The position numbers and the translations under genes were made by a program. Positions 58,244 to 64,000 of a DNA stretch of 64,000 nucleotides are shown here, piece by piece. The stretch lies in IMG/VR virus record IMGVR_UViG_3300049791_000126; one strand, written 5' to 3'. Position 1 is the stretch's first letter. Each line of letters begins with the position of its first letter. Source of the stretch: an uncultured virus (IMG/VR IMGVR_UViG_3300049791_000126) (lineage: Duplodnaviria > Heunggongvirae > Uroviricota > Caudoviricetes). The notes beneath the pieces were generated by a model that saw only the letters and a program-made list of their open reading frames with translations, made no database searches and was not told the DNA's origin.

Positions 58244-60515
58244 TACGGGGTAGGATAGCTCTCTTCAGCGCACTCGTCTGCCCGGAACACCACCACCACT
58301 TGGTGATCCATCACAATGACCGGCAGCGTATTGGTCATGGAGCGCAGCTTGAGGGCCTCCTCTGGATCGACCAACTCGAGGATGCCCTGCATCCCCTCAC
58401 GGTCCGCCAGGCCTCGTGCGAATGGGACCTGGCCCTGATCTCGATAGGCTTGCCAGTCGTGGCCAGGCATGAGTATCGCAGCGAGTTCACCGCCGATCAG
58501 GTCATCGACGTTGAGGATCAACAGCGCGCAGGAATCGCTTTTGCCGAGATCGGATGCGCGTTTTTGGAAGTGTGCGATCCGTTCGGCATTTTGATGGAGC
58601 GTAGTCCAGCAATTGTGCTTGCTCACGGCCGTGAGCACCGCGAGCGCTTCGGGGTCATCCAAGATGATGTCGATAGCGGGCATCAGGGTTTCTCCGGGTG
58701 CTCTTCGAGTAGCATCTGCATCACAGTGGTTGCTTGACAGAGGGCGTCGAAGTGGTTGACGCCGAAGGAACAGGACAAGAGCCAATTGGTACCGTCGCTG
58801 TGGACATAGGTCACGCGAACTTTGTCGTCCAGGATCTTGCCGATCGCGGAATACTTCCAGCCGCGCTTCGTCCATTGCTCCAAGATCTCGAGCACGTGGA
58901 CGGCTTGTTCTGGGGTCGGGGTGGGGGTCATACACTGAACCTTTCCCCCGCTATGAGTGCTTCCAGGTGATCGTCGAGCCACTGCTGAGCCCAGTGCTCC
59001 GACCAATTCTCCGCTTCACGACATTCCAGCAGGTAAGGGCCGCCAAAGCTGAACTTCGCAATGCGAGGAACGTGCTGATGGGTTGGATCTTCTGGTCGAA
59101 CGCTGCCGCTCGTCACGCCCAGCGTGACCCCGGGACGCAGATACAGAAACAGCTCCCAATGACCCGGGGACTCCTCGAATAGAGCAATGCGCAAGACGCC
59201 CAAGTTTTGTTTACGCCCGAGTTTGCTGTCGGACCAGGTCATGGCTTCACCAGCCTGAGCTTGCGCCGTAAGATCTGCCCGACCTGCCTCACGCGCGCGA
59301 CGTAGTCGCCGTCGCACTCCTGCTCGTCATCCTCCCAGCCGAGTTCTTCGTCGATCAGCATGCGAAGCTCGCCGAGCGATTTCGAGTCATCCGCGTCGTA
59401 CCCGAATGCCCCGAGCACCTCGTCGCCTTCTGCCTCGTCGGCGGCGTAGAGCACCTCGATCGCGTGAGCGCGCGCTTCTGTCGGCGTCATGGTCTTGTCG
59501 CCGCGCACGGTCACGCGCACGTGGTGAGCGTCTGGGATGAACAGGAGCGCGAGCAATGGGCGGAGATGGTGGAAGTTGTCTTTTGGGTGGGGCATTTAGC
59601 GGTACTCCGGACTTCGCCCCGACCAATGCGCGCCGCACTTTCGACAGGTCGCGCCGTTCGTGGAGTGGCACCAGTCGTGACCGTTGTGGCAGGCGTTAGA
59701 TCCGTAGCTGGAGACAACACCGCACTGACGACATACTCGTCGGTCAGCTGAGTGACACCAATCGTGGCCCTGGAGGCAGCTCAGGGGTGCATTCTCGAGT
59801 TCATAGAGTTCGTCGGTTCTTCTGTACTCATCGGCCATTCAGATCACCACCACTCGGAGTTTGAAATCAGTCACGAGACCTTGCCCGCCTTTGAATACGG
59901 CGAGGTCACTGCTCACGAATACGACGCCGGCGGAGGTTCCTTCCTTGAGCATGCTGGCGATCATCGTCGGCGGCCACTCGGAGATCTCACGCCTCCCGAA
60001 CTTCTCCGCTACGAACAGCTGCGCGCGCCCGCGCTCTGCCCGCCTGAAGAGATATTGCTCCTGCACGTACTCGGGCAAGCCCTTGGCTAGGTCCTGGGAC
60101 TGAGCTTCCCGATCGGTGGTCCACCAGATGAGGAGCTCACGGCGGGGCTTGGGGGAGTCGCTCATCGTTCGGTCGCCTCGAGCGCACCGATCTCAATGAA
60201 CGGCATTTTGACTCGGCACCTTTTCTGCGTACAGGTCACCTCGTGGCCCTGGAGCTTGGCGAAGTAATCACCGATGGCTTCTTCGGGGGATGAGCCTTGG
60301 CCGTATCGGATGTCGCCAGGGCCGCCCTCGCGGCCGCTCACCACGACGCCACCTTTGCCGTTGGTCACGTCGATTCCGGTCAGGCGCGCCGAGAATCGGT
60401 GGCCGCCGATCTTCTCCTCGACGATCAAACTGCAGTCATATACCTCGCAGAACGCCTCCAGTGTCATGTGCGTCAGGCGGGGAGCTTCAGGCAAACGGTA
60501 CAACGTATACTTCAT
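58243..60515 (-). other. Run of small hypothetical ORFs (about 58243-58683, 58683-58930, 58928-59242, 59239-59595, 59596-59838, 59839-60165, 60162-60515)
   Basis: Consecutive overlaps; 59596-59838 has a duplicated GHDWCHS..CxxC motif. Confidence 0.65.
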
Positions 60516-61687
60516 GATGCTTGGCTCTCTTCTTTGGCTTCAACCGGCTTCCAGGTCACTCGCGCGAGCTCCGCCTGCTGCGCGTACTTGCCCTGCGCGG
60601 GCTTGTGGCTCTTGCAGCGCCCTTTGATCTGAAAGCGCATGCCCTGCATATCGGGCTTCGGGGCGACACCGGAGGCAAACCAGACGAGGTCGTGGCCTTC
60701 GTCGGTGCGGAAGGTGCAGATCGCTTTCGAGCCGAAGTCGTTTTGCATGAGGTAGTGGCGGACGAGGGTCACTTCCCCCTTGAACACCATGTGTTTTTCT
60801 ACGGCATAGCCCTCGGCGCGCTTCTCGGGCAACTTCTTTGCGACTAGCTTGCCGAGCTCGCGGTTGTAGGCTGCAGGCGCGCTCGCGAGCAGCCCCGCGT
60901 GCTTGCCGACGCCTGAAACCTTGACGGCCAGCGACAGATTCCAGCGGTACTCAGACGGGTTTTCTCCGGGGTTCGCGCACCAGGCGAGGACGGCGTGCGC
61001 GGTCTCGATGTGGTCTTCGTTCGGTTGACCAGCGAGCCAGCGCGCGTGGGCATCGGCGCTGCCCGGAGATCCCTGACTGAGCCAGGTCGCCACGACGTGC
61101 GTCGGGGTGCGGGACGGGTCCTTCGACTTGACGAAGCCGTCGCGCTCAGTCGTCGCTACGGCGCACGCCAAGTACGCGATCGGGGCGACATCCCAGAAGC
61201 CGCCGTAGCCGCCCCAGTGCTCGTCCGAACCCTCTTCGGAGATGGCTTTGACGAGCTCGGCGAGCGCGATCATTTGCGCGGGATCGACCATCAGGAAGTC
61301 GGCGAGGCAGTTGCGCCCGATCTGTATGAGCCGCATGCCGTACTGCCGAAGCAAGAACGTCTCCTTGCGGCGGCGGTTCGTGTTGCAGTGCTCGCAGTGT
61401 GGCGCGGCCATGCGCCAGGAGGTGTCGAGGGCCTCGGTCTCCTTCGGGCCGCGGGCGATGACGTTGCCATCTTTCCCGTGCTCGATGCGCGCTGCGAACT
61501 CGTAACCACCGACGCTCGGGAGATCGCCGATCGTGATGCGCGCGCAGGTCAAGACAGTCTTCTTGCGGATGAGCGTCGTCGTGCCGGGCACTTCCTCGAT
61601 CAGGACGCCGGCCGTGCGGGCGAGCTTGTCCAAGCGCTTCCAGACCTTCGGGAGGGCTTCTTGGGGGACGAGGAGCGAGAGGGTCAT
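60512..61687 (-). CDS. Phage-type Zn-finger protein with a C-terminal OB-like region
   Basis: HCEHCNTNRRRKETF...QIGRNCLADFL; C-terminal DFG...LVWFAS...IKGRCKSH. Confidence 0.7.
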   Translation of the reverse strand: MTLSLLVPQEALPKVWKRLDKLARTAGVLIEEVPGTTTLIRKKTVLTCARITIGDLPSVGGYEFAARIEHGKDGNVIARGPKETEALDTSWRMAAPHCEHCNTNRRRKETFLLRQYGMRLIQIGRNCLADFLMVDPAQMIALAELVKAISEEGSDEHWGGYGGFWDVAPIAYLACAVATTERDGFVKSKDPSRTPTHVVATWLSQGSPGSADAHARWLAGQPNEDHIETAHAVLAWCANPGENPSEYRWNLSLAVKVSGVGKHAGLLASAPAAYNRELGKLVAKKLPEKRAEGYAVEKHMVFKGEVTLVRHYLMQNDFGSKAICTFRTDEGHDLVWFASGVAPKPDMQGMRFQIKGRCKSHKPAQGKYAQQAELARVTWKPVEAKEESQAS

Positions 61688-61695
61688 GGTCGATG

Positions 61696-63919
61696 TTACG
61701 CGCGGGTGCGGAAGTTCTTCCCCCGGGTCACATAAAGTTCGGTCGAGCGGAAAAAGCCACCCGGCGCGCCGTCCTCGAATTCCACAAACGTGATCACGTA
61801 GTCGGTCTCCGGGCGGATGATGGCGCCCTTCCGTAACAAGCGCTGCAAGGTCTGTGAGATGATTCGGGTATGCCACATACGGTTTCCGTTCCAGGGGCAC
61901 TTGCCCTCCGCGACCCGGAGCAAGATCTTGATCTCGAGATCGGTTAGCTTCATGGGTACTGCTTCAGGAACTCTCGTCCCTTGTCGGTGAGCTCCGCGAG
62001 CCACCGGTCGTCATTGGGAGCTAACCGGATAAGCATGGTTCGATCCTACGCCCGGTAGTCGACTTTCTTCCCCGGCACCACGTCGCGAATTTCGCTGTGT
62101 TCCTCGTACCCATCCCGCCGCGGGTCCCCAAACCGACCCGTCACGACCTCTTCGGTCACGAGCGCGAGCGTGCCCTTCTTCGGGCGCGCCTTCGGCGTGG
62201 CATCGCGGAGGGCGAGCGTGCTCTCGATCTCAGCGATTTTCTCGGTCGCTTCGCGCAGATCGAGCGCCATGCGGAGGACCGCGTGCTGCCCGATGGGGCT
62301 GTCCTTGAGGCGGCCGTCGTTGTCGATGATTTCTTTCAGGAAGTGAGCGGCGATTCTCATGGGGGTTACTTTCGTTGGTCGCGTTCGTAGTCGACATCCC
62401 ACTCTTCAGCGAGCGGGGAGAGGATCACGGTGTCTCCCGTCACGTCGCACTCGATGTCGAGGGCTTCGTTTAGGAGGATGCGGGCTTCGGGGAGGTTCCC
62501 GGCGAGGTGCTCGGCCATGGCGCGCTCGACGAGCCTTGCGCATTCCTGGAACTTCCAGCCGATCTGACGGATCAAGTTTTTGCACTCGGCGTCGAGGGCG
62601 GCTGCGAGGTCTTGGGCTTGGCTCATCGCCGTCCCGCGTCCTGATGGATGCCCGCGATGCGGAGGTGGTGGTAGACCTGATCCAATAGACCGACCGCGAG
62701 GCAAAAGTGCTGCTCGGCAAGTGGCCCAAGCCCGGTCGTCTTCGACTCGAATAACAAATCCGCACGCAGTAGTTCGACGTGGCGTGCGATCTGGTTGAGA
62801 TCGTCCGGTTTCGAAAGATCTAGGGTGCTTAGGTCAGGGCAGGTGAGGCCGTTCGGGACCTCTGTCTTGCGCACTGGGATGCCTTCGGGGACCGAGTCGA
62901 GGATCGCTTCGGTTAGGGTCTGCTGGATTTCGGATACGAGGCTCATGGGCGGCTCAGTACAGGGGGTGGGCGAGCAAGCTCGCAGGTACCGCGCCAGGGG
63001 CGCGGAGGTAGGCGTCGCGGTCGATGATGGGGAAGTAGAGCTCGAGGCCGGGGGCGCGGTCGCTGAAGGCCTCCGGGCGGCGCGTGGGCGCTTCGTCGGC
63101 GGTCGGTAGGCCAGCGCGGCGGAGCACGTCGTCGATGTCTCCTTGGGTGACGGTAATAGAAGTCATCAGAACTCCAGCACCACGAAGCTGCTGTTCTTGT
63201 CGGGCACCGCAGCAACCCATACTCGCCGAGGGGATAGCCCCCGTTGCGCATAGTGACCGAAGCCGGAGCTGCCATTCGGCAGCTCTGTCCAGAGAAGATG
63301 GGACCCGACGAGTTCGTGGGCCTCGTCCTGGGCTCCCTTCGTGCCGAAGTAGTGCCCGATGAATTCTCGAGGACCTGGCATCGTGGGAAGCACGATGGAG
63401 ATCAGCAGAGTCGCTCCGTTCAGCCTTTTCTTCGGGCTCACCTCGACGCCAGCTCTGCCGCCGGGGAACACGTCGTGGTGGTCGGGGTCATTGTGCGTTG
63501 CCATCGTCTTGTCCTACGGAATTGGGGTGGGAGATCTTCCTTACTCAGACGGCCAAGCGATTGGCTTGGCGTACGCCGCACTCGCGGACGAAGTGATGGT
63601 GGAGAGCCACGTCGCACTCGACGTAGGCGTGGCAGAGACCGCAGTGCGCCTTGCTGTACGGCGAGCGCTCAGGGTGCGTGCAGCGCGCCTGGAGGGCCTC
63701 GCAGACGCGGCAGGCCTTGCGGTACGCCGACTCGAGCGCGCGGCGCTTGGGGCTCGCCTTCGGCAGCTCGCGCCAGCCCTTCCCCGCCTTCACGAACCGC
63801 CCCGAGAGAGCGTCCCGAGCTTCTCGCTCCGCATTGCCAGCAAGGCGGCACTCTTCGCGGAAGGCGGCGTCCGTCGGCGCATCGAAGCGGAAGGCGATGA
63901 CGACGCCCGGGGCGGCCAC
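61696..63919 (-). other. Small hypothetical ORFs
   Basis: Co-oriented short ORFs (for example 62623-62946, 63166-63504). Confidence 0.5.
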
Positions 63920-64000
63920 GTAGGGACCGTAGGCGCGGGCGGAGCAGGTGCACCAGGGGGCGGGCTCGTCACCGCTTTGCGGGTCGTAGAGGCCGGTCTT

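Larger units (their letters stand above)
1..64000. mobile_element. Segment of a large virus or plasmid-prophage genome, probably tailless and membrane-containing
   Basis: Dense short ORFs with ATGA/TGATG overlaps, phage-type ThyX, DnaB, Dam, DUF1643 and tyrosine recombinase, a putative virion module, and no ribosomal or housekeeping genes. No element boundary is visible. Confidence 0.85.

Noticed and set aside
1..64000. tRNA or rRNA genes
   Set aside because: None recognised by eye; a tRNAscan run would be needed to exclude them

Overview
GC-rich, gene-dense virus or plasmid-prophage DNA with no host housekeeping genes and no visible att boundary. (1) About 0.2-13.5 kb (+): small hypothetical ORFs plus replication and nucleotide genes (P-loop kinase, ThyX, DUF1643, DnaA-domain-IV protein, DnaB, MazG-like NTP-PPase), a papain-like peptidase, HicAB and a RuvC-like protein lacking its catalytic Asp. 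(2) About 14-38 kb (+): a putative virion module with no recognisable terminase, portal, HK97 capsid or tail genes. It has a transglutaminase-like Cys protease, about 19 tail-anchored membrane proteins that mostly share an (hydrophobic)-x-G-L-G motif like the adenovirus protease site, an extremely Arg/Lys-rich core-like protein, three candidate jelly-roll capsid proteins and a DnaJ protein. This suggests an unusually large tailless, membrane-containing virus with proteolytic maturation (inference). (3) About 39-45 kb: two GT4 glycosyltransferases, Dam and FkbM methyltransferases. (4) About 45-52 kb: HigBA, DUF968-like proteins and a DEDD exonuclease. (5) 52230-52807: a CRISPR array with no cas gene in the window (9 x 36-bp repeats with compensatory stem changes, type V-like architecture), beside a gene ending in a ubiquitin-like domain. 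(6) About 53-64 kb (-): small ORFs and a Cre-like tyrosine recombinase. All family calls are by-eye motif recognition; no searches were run.
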